Assembly (NCBI GenBank): GCA_964569345.1
Contig: CAZMUV010000008.1
Span: forward strand, 334-64,333
Origin: an uncultured Maribacter sp.
Lineage (GTDB): Bacteria > Bacteroidota > Bacteroidia > Flavobacteriales > Flavobacteriaceae
Direction of reading: 5' to 3'
DNA length: 64,000 nt
The translations under genes were made by a program, and so were the position numbers. Each line of letters begins with the position of its first letter. The stretch's first letter is position 1. Of the stretch, positions 1 to 10,067 are shown piece by piece. The notes beneath the pieces were generated by a model, which was not told where the DNA came from, searched no databases, and saw nothing but the letters and a program-made list of their open reading frames with translations.

Positions 1-333
1 CCTTCTGTTCCTACCGCTGGAACTTGGACGGTAAGTACAACCGATACCTTTGGTGATGGCTGGAATGGAGCTAGCTTGGACGTTGTCATAGACGGTGGAG
101 CAGTAAACTCTATAGCTAACATTGATGACGGTGTGCGACCTTTTGCATCATCAACACAAGAGTTTACCTTTGAAGTACCCGTTGGAGCACAGACTATTTC
201 GATAGTATATGTTTCTGGAGATTTCGATGAAGAGGTTTTATACTCTGTCACATCTGCTAACGGAACTGTTGTTGCAGAAGGTGAAGAGCCTAATGCTGGT
301 GAGGTTTTAGATTTTTGCCCAGACAATCTTTAA
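1..333 (+). CDS. Partial (5'-truncated by window edge) secreted/surface protein, C-terminal part
   Basis: Frame 1 is open from base 1 (PSVPTAGTWTVSTTDTFGDGWNGASLDVVIDG...) to TAA at 331-333. The TTG start in the ORF track is internal. Confidence 0.7.
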   Translation, partial: PSVPTAGTWTVSTTDTFGDGWNGASLDVVIDGGAVNSIANIDDGVRPFASSTQEFTFEVPVGAQTISIVYVSGDFDEEVLYSVTSANGTVVAEGEEPNAGEVLDFCPDNL

Positions 334-357
334 AATAAGATTATTTAAATTTTTATT

Positions 358-387
358 AAAACGGCCCTTTTTAAAGGGTCGTTTTTT
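358..387 (+). terminator. Intrinsic terminator
   Basis: ACGGCCCTT/AAGGGTCGT stem (one G-T pair) followed by T6, 25 nt after the stop codon. Confidence 0.75.
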
Positions 388-406
388 GTTTTAATACATT
401 TGTTCC

Positions 407-414
407 TATTTTTG
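407..414 (+). promoter_or_regulatory. Bacteroidetes -7 promoter element (TATTTTTG)
   Basis: Matches TAnnTTTG, 43 nt upstream of the ATG at 458. Confidence 0.45.
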
Positions 415-457
415 TTTACTACTAGCACTATATTACATATTAAAACACTACAAACTA

Positions 458-3400
458 ATGCGATTCACCTTAGCTAAAATCGGTTTAACACTTTTACTTC
501 TCACAGGATGCAAAACAGACAAAAAACCAACTGGTGAAGCGGTATCACCACGTGATTCTATTTTATCAGCTGAAAGCACAGCCCCTATTTTTGATAAAAT
601 TGAACCAAGCCATAGCACTATTTTTTTCGCAAATCATGTTAAAGAAGATTTAAGCACCCTAAATAATTTATTCGACTTTGATTATTTCTATAACGGAGCA
701 GGCGTTGGCCTAGAAGATATTAATAACGACGGCCTATTGGATATCCTATTCTGTGGCAATCAGGTAGAGAATCGACTCTACTTGAATAAAGGAAATTTCG
801 TTTTTGAAGATATCACACTCACTTCAGGAATAAACCAAGGTAAAATATGGTCTAACGCCATCACTTTTGTTGATATCAACAATGACGGTTGGATGGATAT
901 CTATATATCCCAAGGTGGACCCAACACGCGACTATCAAGAAAAAATCTATTATACATCAACCAGAAAAATAACACTTTTGTTGAACAAGCCGAAAGGTAT
1001 GGATTAGCAGATATGGGTTTAAGTACGCAATCCGTTTTTTTTGACTACGATAAAGATGGTGACCTGGATTGTATTGTTATGAACGAGAATGAGTACTACG
1101 GTGTTGCTCCTAACTCCCTGTATGAACTCGTAGCACGTAATGAAGAGAGTCAATTTTTCAATTCTTCCCATCTCTACCAAAATGAAAATGGAAAATTCGT
1201 CGATATTACAAAAAAAGCAGGCTTGGAACGACCTATATTTGGATTGGGAATAGCTATTAGTGATATAAACGACGATAACTGGCCTGATATCTACATTGCT
1301 AGTGACTACTATATACCAGACGCATTATTTATCAATAATGGAGATGGCACTTTCGAAGACCAAATAAAAACACGTACCCACCAAGTATCCTTTTATGGAA
1401 TGGGAATTGATATTGCAGATATCAATAATGACAACTTAGAGGATATTTTTGTGTTGGATATGTCTTCCAATGACCATAAGCGATCTAAAACCCTTATGGC
1501 CTCTATGGACACCCAGCGCTTTGACTATTTGACAAACACTCTAGGTTTCCAACATCAATATATGTTCAATAGTCTTCAACTTAATACTGGTGATGGCTAT
1601 TATAATAATATTGCCCAACTTACCCAAACTGCGAGCACGGATTGGAGTTGGTCTGTTCTTATGTCCGATTTAGACCTTGACGAGGATAAGGATATTTACG
1701 TGACTAACGGTTACCGAAGGTATGCACTCGATAATGACTCCCAACAAAATGTAATCAAAGCAAAACAACAATATGGTAAATCAGTTCCTTTAGAAGTAAA
1801 AAAGGAGCTTTATTACAACCTTCCCACAGAAAAATTATCCAATCTTCTGTTTGAACAAACAGGAGATTTAAAGTTTGAAAACAATGCAAAAAACTGGGGA
1901 CTAGCAGACCACACTTACAGTAATGGTGCTAGTTTAGGTGATTTGGACAATGACGGCGACCTAGATCTTGTGGTCAACAATATGGATGAAACTGCCATGC
2001 TTTATAAAAACAATGCGGTTGAACGTAAAACAGGAAACTATTTAAAAGTAAACCTAAAGGGTACACATTCCGAGCAATCTGCCAAAGTAGAGATAACCTA
2101 CAATGGCACCAGCCAACTCATAGTACCAAGAAGGGTAAGAGGGTACCGATCTTCGCAAGAAAACGCTGCGTTTTTTGGGCTTGGGGTACATACTAGAATA
2201 GATACCCTTCGCGTGACGTGGGACAATGGCACCATAGAAGAAAGATATGGTGTAGACACGAATACTACACAACTATTTGCTGTTGCAGATGCAAAACCAA
2301 AACCTACGCAACCAAACGCTACACCGTTCTTTACTCCGCTTCGCAAAAACCTAATTGACTACAGACATGTAGAAAATAATTATAATGACTTTGAAAAAGA
2401 AATCCTACTGCCTTATAAGCAATCTACTTTAGGGCCATTTATGAGCGTAGGCGATGTAAACCAGGATGGACTTGATGATATGTTTATAGGTGGTAGCGCT
2501 GGATCTGCTAGCCAGCTATTCTTAGCGAATGGAACTGGTTTTATACTAAAAAAACAACCGGCATTTGAACTAGATAAACGGTATGAAGACATGGAGTCCG
2601 TCTTTTTTGATTTAGATGGGGATAAGGATCTAGATCTCTATGTAGTAAGCGGCGGGAACGAGTATGAAAAAAGCGACTCTTTCTATTTGGATAGAGTCTA
2701 TATAAACGACGGGGTTGGAAATTTCAAGAAAAAGGATATTACAGCGCTCCAGCCACTTCCTAAAAACGGTAAAACCGTAGCTACTATAGACATAGACAAC
2801 GACGGTGATGAGGACTTGCTAGTCGGAAACAGAGTTATTCCAAAAAATTATCCCAAATTTCAAGCATCAACACTATATGAAAATAGAAATGGTGAGTTAG
2901 TAGATATCACAAAAGAAAAAGCCAAGGAACTTGAGACCTTTGGAATCATCAATGCTATAGAAGTAACCGATTTTGACAATGACGGGTGGGAAGATTTTAT
3001 TGTGGTAGGAGAATGGACCACAATAGGCATGTTTAAAAATGAAAACGGATCCTTTAAGAATACGTCACTTGTCTCAAATAATTCTAAGGCCTTAAACAAA
3101 GGATGGTGGTTTGAAATTGGAGAAACAGATGTAAATAATGATGGGTTAAAAGATTATCTGATAGGTAATGTAGGCCGCAATATCAAGTTCACTGCTAGTG
3201 ACAAGAAACCCTTTAAGATATACGCTGCGGATTTTGATAACAATGGAAGTAACGATGTTGTACTAAGCAAGCAATATGAAGGCGAATACGTTCCTGTAAG
3301 AGGTAAAGAATGCTCCTCACAGCAAATGCCCTTTATCAATTCTAAATTTGGAACGTATGCCGAGTTTGCCAACGCTAGCTTAGCGGATATCTACGGGGAA

Positions 3401-3805
3401 AATCTTAAAACTGCCTATTATGCCGAAGCAACCGAATTCAACTCCTTGCTTCTACTCAATAAAGGCAACGGAAATTTTGAGCAACACTACCTTCCTATTG
3501 AGGCCCAATTTTTACCCAATTTATCCTATTCATTTTTTGATGTTAACAAAGATGGTTTTGAAGATGTAATCGTAGGGGGCAATATATACAATACCGAAGT
3601 AGAAACTCCACGGCTAGATTCGTTTTCCGGTATCGTAATGTTGTCTAACCAAAAAGATGGCTATGTAACTATGCCTTACAACAAGAGTGGTCTTAGAATC
3701 AATGGTAATATTAAAGACCTAAGCATAATAAAGACGAGTAAGAACGCCACGCTCTTCGCCACTGATAATAATGGAGAGCTAAAATCCTTTATAATAAATA
3801 AGTAA
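458..3805 (+). CDS. FG-GAP/VCBS-repeat, ASPIC/UnbV (CRTAC1-like) lipoprotein, 1115 aa
   Basis: Lipobox LLTGC, many DxNxDGxxD Ca-binding repeats, and an ASPIC-UnbV-like segment (RGYRSSQE...FFGLG...LRVTW). Confidence 0.85.
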   Translation: MRFTLAKIGLTLLLLTGCKTDKKPTGEAVSPRDSILSAESTAPIFDKIEPSHSTIFFANHVKEDLSTLNNLFDFDYFYNGAGVGLEDINNDGLLDILFCGNQVENRLYLNKGNFVFEDITLTSGINQGKIWSNAITFVDINNDGWMDIYISQGGPNTRLSRKNLLYINQKNNTFVEQAERYGLADMGLSTQSVFFDYDKDGDLDCIVMNENEYYGVAPNSLYELVARNEESQFFNSSHLYQNENGKFVDITKKAGLERPIFGLGIAISDINDDNWPDIYIASDYYIPDALFINNGDGTFEDQIKTRTHQVSFYGMGIDIADINNDNLEDIFVLDMSSNDHKRSKTLMASMDTQRFDYLTNTLGFQHQYMFNSLQLNTGDGYYNNIAQLTQTASTDWSWSVLMSDLDLDEDKDIYVTNGYRRYALDNDSQQNVIKAKQQYGKSVPLEVKKELYYNLPTEKLSNLLFEQTGDLKFENNAKNWGLADHTYSNGASLGDLDNDGDLDLVVNNMDETAMLYKNNAVERKTGNYLKVNLKGTHSEQSAKVEITYNGTSQLIVPRRVRGYRSSQENAAFFGLGVHTRIDTLRVTWDNGTIEERYGVDTNTTQLFAVADAKPKPTQPNATPFFTPLRKNLIDYRHVENNYNDFEKEILLPYKQSTLGPFMSVGDVNQDGLDDMFIGGSAGSASQLFLANGTGFILKKQPAFELDKRYEDMESVFFDLDGDKDLDLYVVSGGNEYEKSDSFYLDRVYINDGVGNFKKKDITALQPLPKNGKTVATIDIDNDGDEDLLVGNRVIPKNYPKFQASTLYENRNGELVDITKEKAKELETFGIINAIEVTDFDNDGWEDFIVVGEWTTIGMFKNENGSFKNTSLVSNNSKALNKGWWFEIGETDVNNDGLKDYLIGNVGRNIKFTASDKKPFKIYAADFDNNGSNDVVLSKQYEGEYVPVRGKECSSQQMPFINSKFGTYAEFANASLADIYGENLKTAYYAEATEFNSLLLLNKGNGNFEQHYLPIEAQFLPNLSYSFFDVNKDGFEDVIVGGNIYNTEVETPRLDSFSGIVMLSNQKDGYVTMPYNKSGLRINGNIKDLSIIKTSKNATLFATDNNGELKSFIINK

Positions 3806-3951
3806 CACAAAAGAGACCGGCGCAACCCTATACTTTTGGGCTAACGTTAAATTATTGTTAATCGGGGAGTCAAGATTAAATGTTAACAATTTAAATAAGG
3901 AAGCGCATTAGAGATTTTCCTATATTGGCTGTCGAATAAATTCTAATTGAT

Positions 3952-4695
3952 ATGAAATATTTTATTTTTGGATTACTAACCCTATTAAGTTTTAGCAGCC
4001 AAGCCCAAGCGACAGGACAGATAATGAGTTATGGATCCGCTGGCGGGAGTGCTAACTCCCTAGGGCAGTTGGAAACGCTAATGGGGCCAATAGCCGAAAG
4101 GGCATCAAGGTCAGCTGATATGTTGGAAGGTATGGCTGGTTCTCCGTATACCTCAAACGAATTTCAACAGGGTACTGTATATTATAAGGACGAGAACACT
4201 GGTAAAGTATATTTTCGTCATAATTCCTATAATGAGGAAATAGAGATTAAGAAAACAAATCTTAAGGACGAACCAATACAATCTTTAGGACGCGACAAAA
4301 ATATTGCAATGGTCAGTAAAGATGGTAAGGCTTTGCGCTTTAGCACGTTTATTGATAGCAAAGGACTAACTCAAAATGGGTACTTAACCCTACTAGTCGA
4401 TGGTGATTATGCACTTTATCTTCGGAATACCGCAAAATTTACAGAAGGCCAAAAATCTCCCAATTCTTTTGTTAAAGCAACTCCTGCAAAATTTTCACAA
4501 TACGAAGAGTATTACTTAGAAATAAAAGGAATTAGCAGGGTTGATGAAATCGAATTCAAAACTAAAAAGTTTTTAAAGGTGTTACCAGAAGAGGTACAAG
4601 CAAGCACCGCGGCTTATTTAAAGAAGGAAGGCATTAAGATTAAAGATTTAGAAGATGTTAAAAAAGTAATATCCTATCTGAATACGAAAAGTTAA
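3952..4695 (+). CDS. Secreted hypothetical protein, 247 aa
   Basis: Long ORF with an N-terminal signal peptide (LLSFSSQAQA). No family recognised. Confidence 0.75.
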   Translation: MKYFIFGLLTLLSFSSQAQATGQIMSYGSAGGSANSLGQLETLMGPIAERASRSADMLEGMAGSPYTSNEFQQGTVYYKDENTGKVYFRHNSYNEEIEIKKTNLKDEPIQSLGRDKNIAMVSKDGKALRFSTFIDSKGLTQNGYLTLLVDGDYALYLRNTAKFTEGQKSPNSFVKATPAKFSQYEEYYLEIKGISRVDEIEFKTKKFLKVLPEEVQASTAAYLKKEGIKIKDLEDVKKVISYLNTKS

Positions 4696-4711
4696 AATAA
4701 TAAAATAACAT

Positions 4712-4750
4712 AATAAAAAACCCGCTAGTAATCCTAGCGGGTTTTTTATT
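4712..4750 (+). terminator. Intrinsic terminator
   Basis: Perfect inverted repeat AATAAAAAACCCGCTAG-TAATC-CTAGCGGGTTTTTTATT just after the stop at 4695. Confidence 0.85.
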
Positions 4751-4758
4751 TACTTTTG
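4751..4758 (+). promoter_or_regulatory. -7 element TACTTTTG for rlmB (likely leaderless)
   Basis: Exact TAnnTTTG, 4 nt before the ATG at 4763. Confidence 0.55.
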
Positions 4759-4762
4759 CCCC

Positions 4763-5503
4763 ATGGAAAAAACTACCCAAATTTACGGTATACGCGCAAT
4801 TATGGAAGCCGTAAATTCTAATGAAGAAATAGACAAGGTCTTTATCCAAAAGGGGTTAAAAGGGGATTTAATAAAGGATTTAGAGCGACTACTGCGTCAA
4901 AATGATATTACGGCCGCTTACGTCCCTATAGAAAAACTAAATAGACTTACGAAAAATAACCATCAAGGCGCAGTTGCCAACATCTCCCCTATTTCCTTTA
5001 TTTCGTTAGAAAATTTAGTAGAAACTACCGCTAAAAAGAACAAACCTGCCCTTTTCCTGCTATTGGACCAACTATCTGATGTACGAAACTTCGGTGCTAT
5101 TATACGAACTGCGGAATGTACAGGTGTAGATGGTATTATTATACAAAAGAAAGGAGCTGCCCCAGTAACGGCAGATACTATAAAAACGTCTGCAGGCGCC
5201 GCATTTAAAGTGCCTATTGCTAAAGTAGATCATTTAAAGGATGCCGTTTTTTACCTTCAGGCCTCCGGAATCAAAATAGTTTCTGCAACGGAAAAAACGA
5301 AACAATCCGTTTATGATGTGTCCTTTACGCAACCAATAGCAATCGTTATGGGTTCCGAAGATCGCGGCATTACGCCTTCCATTATAAAAGCATCTGACTT
5401 TACCGCTAAAATTCCATTACAGGGAGAAATAGCGTCTTTAAACGTTTCTGTTGCCTGTGCAGTTTTCCTGTATGAGGCCGTTAGACAACGTTTAGGCAGC
5501 TAA
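4763..5503 (+). CDS. rlmB: 23S rRNA (Gm2251) 2'-O-methyltransferase RlmB
   Basis: SpoU/SPOUT motifs (LDQLSDVRNFGAIIRTA, MGSEDRG, SLNVSVA) and the N-terminal substrate-binding domain. Confidence 0.9.
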   Translation: MEKTTQIYGIRAIMEAVNSNEEIDKVFIQKGLKGDLIKDLERLLRQNDITAAYVPIEKLNRLTKNNHQGAVANISPISFISLENLVETTAKKNKPALFLLLDQLSDVRNFGAIIRTAECTGVDGIIIQKKGAAPVTADTIKTSAGAAFKVPIAKVDHLKDAVFYLQASGIKIVSATEKTKQSVYDVSFTQPIAIVMGSEDRGITPSIIKASDFTAKIPLQGEIASLNVSVACAVFLYEAVRQRLGS

Positions 5504-6246
5504 GACTCATCCTTGCTTTCACTATCTGTTTTGTACAAATAGTTTACATGAATGATATTGTCATCTGTAATTGACTCTTCTGGTTGTAGTTCTATAAAAT
5601 TACCGTCGGCATCAAATTGCTTTAGAAATACATCCGATTCTTCATCAAAATCCTCCCTTTCCCAATCGTATTTACTTGGCAAAGGCACCTTAGAACGTAA
5701 AACCGAAGCTAAAAAGAGACCTGTCATAAAACCGCCCAAATGGCCTTCCCAAGAAATCCCATCCTTCACAGGAAAAATATACCATAATAAACTTCCATAG
5801 ATAAAAACGACAACTAACGACAGGGCGATTAAGCGATAATGTTTTACAAACACCCCTTTAAAGAAGGTAAAACTAGCCAATACATATATTAATCCACTCG
5901 CCCCAATATGGTAAGAGGGCCGGCCTATGCACCAAGTTAAAAAGCCCGAGAGCAAAATACCCCATAAGACCACCTTCCAGGCGATTTTATTGTAGAAGTA
6001 GAATAATGCCGCCAACAACACTGCTAAGGGTATCGTATTATTATATAAATGCTTTAAGGAGCCATGAACAAAGGGACTAAAAATAATACCCTTTAATCCG
6101 GAAAAAGTCTGCGGATAAATTCCATACTTATTAAAGTTAAGCTGTTGCACTAACTCTACCCAATACACACTCCAAATAACCAAGACAGCCATTAATGGAA
6201 CAAGTACTACAGCATTAGAAAACTTAAAATAGGTACCAGCAGCCAT
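5500..6246 (-). CDS. Rhomboid family intramembrane serine protease
   Basis: HIGASG (catalytic Ser), H..NN motif, WEGHLGG (catalytic His), multiple TM helices. Confidence 0.9.
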   Translation of the reverse strand: MAAGTYFKFSNAVVLVPLMAVLVIWSVYWVELVQQLNFNKYGIYPQTFSGLKGIIFSPFVHGSLKHLYNNTIPLAVLLAALFYFYNKIAWKVVLWGILLSGFLTWCIGRPSYHIGASGLIYVLASFTFFKGVFVKHYRLIALSLVVVFIYGSLLWYIFPVKDGISWEGHLGGFMTGLFLASVLRSKVPLPSKYDWEREDFDEESDVFLKQFDADGNFIELQPEESITDDNIIHVNYLYKTDSESKDES

Positions 6247-6268
6247 TCGATTAAACTTTTATACAATA

Positions 6269-6285
6269 TGGCAATATTTTAGCCA
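6269..6285. promoter_or_regulatory. Sigma54-like -24/-12 box readable on both strands
   Basis: The + strand reads TGGCAATATTTTAGC and the - strand reads TGGCTAAAATATTGC. Both have exact GG-N10-GC spacing, between the divergent rhomboid and rarA genes. Confidence 0.45.
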
Positions 6286-6392
6286 AAGAGGAAAAACGGA
6301 AAAATTGTCATCCTTATTTTTAAACAGAAAATATAAGCTCTTATTGCACCTATAGAGAATTTCACGTGAATAACTTTAGCTATTTTTATACC

Positions 6393-7670
6393 ATGAACGA
6401 ACCTTTAGCCGAACGCGTAAGACCAAAAACCTTGGAGGATTATATAAGTCAGCACCATCTTGTTGGCGAAAAAGGGGCATTGACACATCAGATCAAAAAA
6501 GGAATTATTCCCTCTTTAATTTTATGGGGACCACCTGGCACCGGAAAAACAACCTTGGCGACTATTATTGCCGAAGAGAGTAAACGTCCTTTCTACATAC
6601 TTAGCGCGATTAATAGCGGTGTAAAGGATATTAGGGAGGTAATAGACAAGGCCAAGCAAGCTGGAGGTCTCTTTACCACTAAAAACCCTATTCTATTCAT
6701 TGATGAGATCCACCGCTTTAGTAAATCGCAACAAGACAGTTTACTGGGTGCAGTTGAAAAAGGATGGGTTACCCTGATTGGCGCTACCACTGAAAATCCG
6801 AGTTTTGAGGTGATACCTGCATTGTTATCGCGGTGTCAAGTGTATATTTTAAATGCATTTGGCAAAGACGATTTAATTGAATTATTAAAGAGAGCCCTCG
6901 AAAAAGACACCTATCTAAAATCAAAAAAAATAAAATTAACCGAAACGGAGGCCTTACTGCGATTATCGGGTGGAGATGGCAGGAAACTACTTAATATTTT
7001 TGAACTTATTATCAATTCAGAAGATTCTGATGCCGTGGAAATAACGGACGAACTCGTTCTTCAAAAAATACAGAAGAACACAGTGCTCTATGACAAGACC
7101 GGGGAACAACATTATGATATTGTATCTGCTTTTATAAAGTCTATTCGGGGTAGCGACCCCAATGGTGCCGTATATTGGCTGGCCCGTATGATTGAAGGTG
7201 GGGAAGATGTAAAATTTATTGCCCGTAGAATGTTGATTGCCGCGTCTGAAGATATAGGATTGGCAAATCCTACAGCCCTGGTTATAGCCAACACCACCTT
7301 CCAGGCGGTTACTACCATTGGCTACCCAGAATCTAGGATAATCCTTAGCCAATGTGCAGTATATTTAGCAACTTCGGCAAAAAGCAATGCGAGTTATATG
7401 GCGATTGGAAAAGCCCAACAGGTGGTAAAACAAACAGGAAACCTACCTGTACCCTTGGCCCTTAGAAATGCACCAACCAAACTTATGAAAGATTTGGGAT
7501 ATGGAGAAGAATACAAATATGCGCACGATTTTGAAAACAATTTTGTGGCAACCGAATTCCTGCCGGATGAAATTGCTGGCAGTACGTTCTATAAACCTGG
7601 CAAAAATCCAAGAGAAAATACTTTGAGTGATTTTCTAAAGAAAAGATGGAAGGATAAATACGATTTTTAA
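6393..7670 (+). CDS. rarA: Replication-associated recombination protein A (RarA/MgsA AAA+ ATPase)
   Basis: PLAERVRP, Walker A GPPGTGKT, FIDEIHRF, MgsA C-terminal domain. Start moved to ATG 6393, downstream of TAACTTTA at 6371-6378. Confidence 0.92.
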   Translation: MNEPLAERVRPKTLEDYISQHHLVGEKGALTHQIKKGIIPSLILWGPPGTGKTTLATIIAEESKRPFYILSAINSGVKDIREVIDKAKQAGGLFTTKNPILFIDEIHRFSKSQQDSLLGAVEKGWVTLIGATTENPSFEVIPALLSRCQVYILNAFGKDDLIELLKRALEKDTYLKSKKIKLTETEALLRLSGGDGRKLLNIFELIINSEDSDAVEITDELVLQKIQKNTVLYDKTGEQHYDIVSAFIKSIRGSDPNGAVYWLARMIEGGEDVKFIARRMLIAASEDIGLANPTALVIANTTFQAVTTIGYPESRIILSQCAVYLATSAKSNASYMAIGKAQQVVKQTGNLPVPLALRNAPTKLMKDLGYGEEYKYAHDFENNFVATEFLPDEIAGSTFYKPGKNPRENTLSDFLKKRWKDKYDF

Positions 7671-8560
7671 AATTTAATCATCAGTTCTTCTTGAACCAGC
7701 TGAGCTCCAGAGTAGTACTCAAAAATCCAGAGTCCATCTTTTTGAAAAACCATACCGCTTTTACCTTCGGCCTGCCCTATAAATACGTTTTTTGTAGAGC
7801 TGTTCAATAGCTTCATGATTACTTTTGGCGCACTATTAATTAATTGGTACCCATTAGGAATCGCCTGCGCATACAACATTTCTTTGCCCCTTGTGGCACT
7901 GGAGATGGTTTTGCTATTTGTATTAGAAGTAGCCTGTTTGATATCCGATTCCACTGGCTCCATACTTTTATAGCTTTGGTTCTCCAAGCTACTTGTTTGT
8001 TTTACTACTTCACTACTATTTGCCGCACTAATACTGGTTAAATAGGCTGTATCTTTTGACTCTTTACTCGCGCCTTCCAATGATTTTATATCATTCTTAA
8101 AACTAACCGTTATTGGTTGCTCCGTAACTACCTTTTCCTTGTAACTATAATCTAAACGATCAAAAGACGACATTGCGACCGTTATTGCATTCTTATATGC
8201 CTCTTTATACTGCTTTATTTTGCTAGTTCCTTCCCGTGAACTAAACACCTGTTGCCCTTTACAATTCTCTAAGACAATCGTAACTTTTGTGCTAAACATG
8301 GAGGAATTATCCTTTAAGAGGGCGGTAAGTCCCAAGCAACGATCTAGATATAAATCTTGAGGTAATGCATCAGCATAGACTGCGGTAAAACCTTTAGTCA
8401 CAAATTGATGTTTAAGCAACGTGCTTGTCAAGTACTGGTTTTCCTCTTTAAATTCTCCTAGTGTTTTGGGGATTATAATGTATTTATAATCATTAATAGC
8501 AACTTGCCCAATTCCGGTATATCCGATAAAAACGAAAACAATGACTAAAATATTTTTCAA
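7667..8560 (-). CDS. Secreted hypothetical protein, 297 aa
   Basis: Long ORF with a TTG start and a signal-peptide-like N-terminus. Confidence 0.7.
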   Translation of the reverse strand: MKNILVIVFVFIGYTGIGQVAINDYKYIIIPKTLGEFKEENQYLTSTLLKHQFVTKGFTAVYADALPQDLYLDRCLGLTALLKDNSSMFSTKVTIVLENCKGQQVFSSREGTSKIKQYKEAYKNAITVAMSSFDRLDYSYKEKVVTEQPITVSFKNDIKSLEGASKESKDTAYLTSISAANSSEVVKQTSSLENQSYKSMEPVESDIKQATSNTNSKTISSATRGKEMLYAQAIPNGYQLINSAPKVIMKLLNSSTKNVFIGQAEGKSGMVFQKDGLWIFEYYSGAQLVQEELMIKF

Positions 8561-8592
8561 AACAATTTAATTTAAGATTCAGTAAAGAAACT

Positions 8593-8607
8593 GAAAAAAG
8601 CGTGCCA
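8593..8607 (-). promoter_or_regulatory. Sigma54-like box TGGCACG-CTTT-TTTC
   Basis: Perfect -24 TGGCACG with a deviant -12, 32 nt upstream of the start at 8560. Confidence 0.35.
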
Positions 8608-8636
8608 AATACTAGGGATTCGGATTTAAATTTAAT

Positions 8637-10067
8637 TTATCGCTTCCTGCCCCAAGATATAATATTAAATCCTAACTGAAAAGACGCATAATTACTGGCG
8701 GCGATGTTTTGATAGGACAATAGATTATCACCTATAAGATAGAAATTTACAGGACCTGCTTGGAGATTTATGCCCAGACCCAAATTGGTACTACTGAATT
8801 TATCTATGGTATATGTTCCCTTTATGGTCATAAAACGTGCAAACCTCCTCAAATAGAATCCGGTTAGTGCTACCTGTGGACCTCTTGGTCTATTGATTGC
8901 AAATAGTTGTCCGCCTACAGCATTTCTATATTTCGTAATTTGGTTATTCGAACCATCTGTACCACAATCACATGCTTCTTCCGATCCTATTGGAGCACCA
9001 AAATCATGACGGATAGACGCATTTAACTTTGTAGGCCTGAACGTTACATACGCACTGTTCGTTGTTTCAAAAGGAATAAGTTCTTCAACCTCATCGACTA
9101 AATCTTGCCAAAAATCTCTATTAAGGTCTGCGAGCTCTTGTAGCACATTGACCTGTATTCCCTCTACCGTGGCTGTTCCCTTTAAATTATATTTGTAAAC
9201 ATTACCGCTGTGATAAATAAACCCCAAATCCAGCACACTGCCAGTAATAGCTGTACGCTCATTTAAGCGATAGGTAAAACCTAAATCCATGCCTAGTCCT
9301 AAATCTCCCCCGAAAATGGCCCGCTTTAAGAAGGCACTGGCAAGAGTCCCTTGGTCCTCCGCATTCCTTAACGTATTAAAACCCGAACTACGCAATTGCA
9401 TATCTGCACTCAAGGTCGTAGCTATCGTATTGTTCTGACCTTCATTATTCACCAAATACCCACTATTATCCGTCGCATTAAAATCTGTTATGCCCGAATA
9501 AAATTTTGCCCTAGCCCCAACGGTAAGGTTATTGTTCATCTTTTTGTTGACGCCAAAATGATAGACAGCGACCATGGATCCCCTAGTTTTTAAATCACCC
9601 AAATCAAAACGCCTATTCAATTGGCCTGCATTACCTTCAAAAGCTAGGAAAGCATAGTCTTGGGGCCAGTAGAAAATATTATCCAGCTCCACATACGCGC
9701 CAAAAGAATAAAATACATTAGAATATGCACTACGAAAACCACCATTAAGTAGTTCGATTGTTGCAGTACTACTGATTTCGTCACGTGTATTGAGTCCAGC
9801 GACCAAACGATTTCGAACCTTGTCATTAATGTCCAGACCATCCTCTGCAAAAATATCGTTTACAGAAAAGCCATTTGTACCAGCATAACCAGAAATACCC
9901 GATAACAATGGGACACCTGCAAACCATTGAAAATCCGTTTCCATTCCTGGATTTACCATCAAGGCTTGTGGACTATCATTAAAATCATAAAGAACCTGCT
10001 TGTTCTGAGCTACCAAACATACATAGCACTGCAGTAAAAGAAGAAAGACATAGTGGCGAATCCTCAT
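8637..10067 (-). CDS. DUF5723-like outer-membrane beta-barrel protein
   Basis: Signal peptide, amphipathic beta-strand pattern (GLGMDLGFTY, SVLDLGFI), C-terminal FQLGFNI. ATGA overlap with the upstream gene. Confidence 0.7.
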   Translation of the reverse strand: MRIRHYVFLLLLQCYVCLVAQNKQVLYDFNDSPQALMVNPGMETDFQWFAGVPLLSGISGYAGTNGFSVNDIFAEDGLDINDKVRNRLVAGLNTRDEISSTATIELLNGGFRSAYSNVFYSFGAYVELDNIFYWPQDYAFLAFEGNAGQLNRRFDLGDLKTRGSMVAVYHFGVNKKMNNNLTVGARAKFYSGITDFNATDNSGYLVNNEGQNNTIATTLSADMQLRSSGFNTLRNAEDQGTLASAFLKRAIFGGDLGLGMDLGFTYRLNERTAITGSVLDLGFIYHSGNVYKYNLKGTATVEGIQVNVLQELADLNRDFWQDLVDEVEELIPFETTNSAYVTFRPTKLNASIRHDFGAPIGSEEACDCGTDGSNNQITKYRNAVGGQLFAINRPRGPQVALTGFYLRRFARFMTIKGTYTIDKFSSTNLGLGINLQAGPVNFYLIGDNLLSYQNIAASNYASFQLGFNIISWGRKR

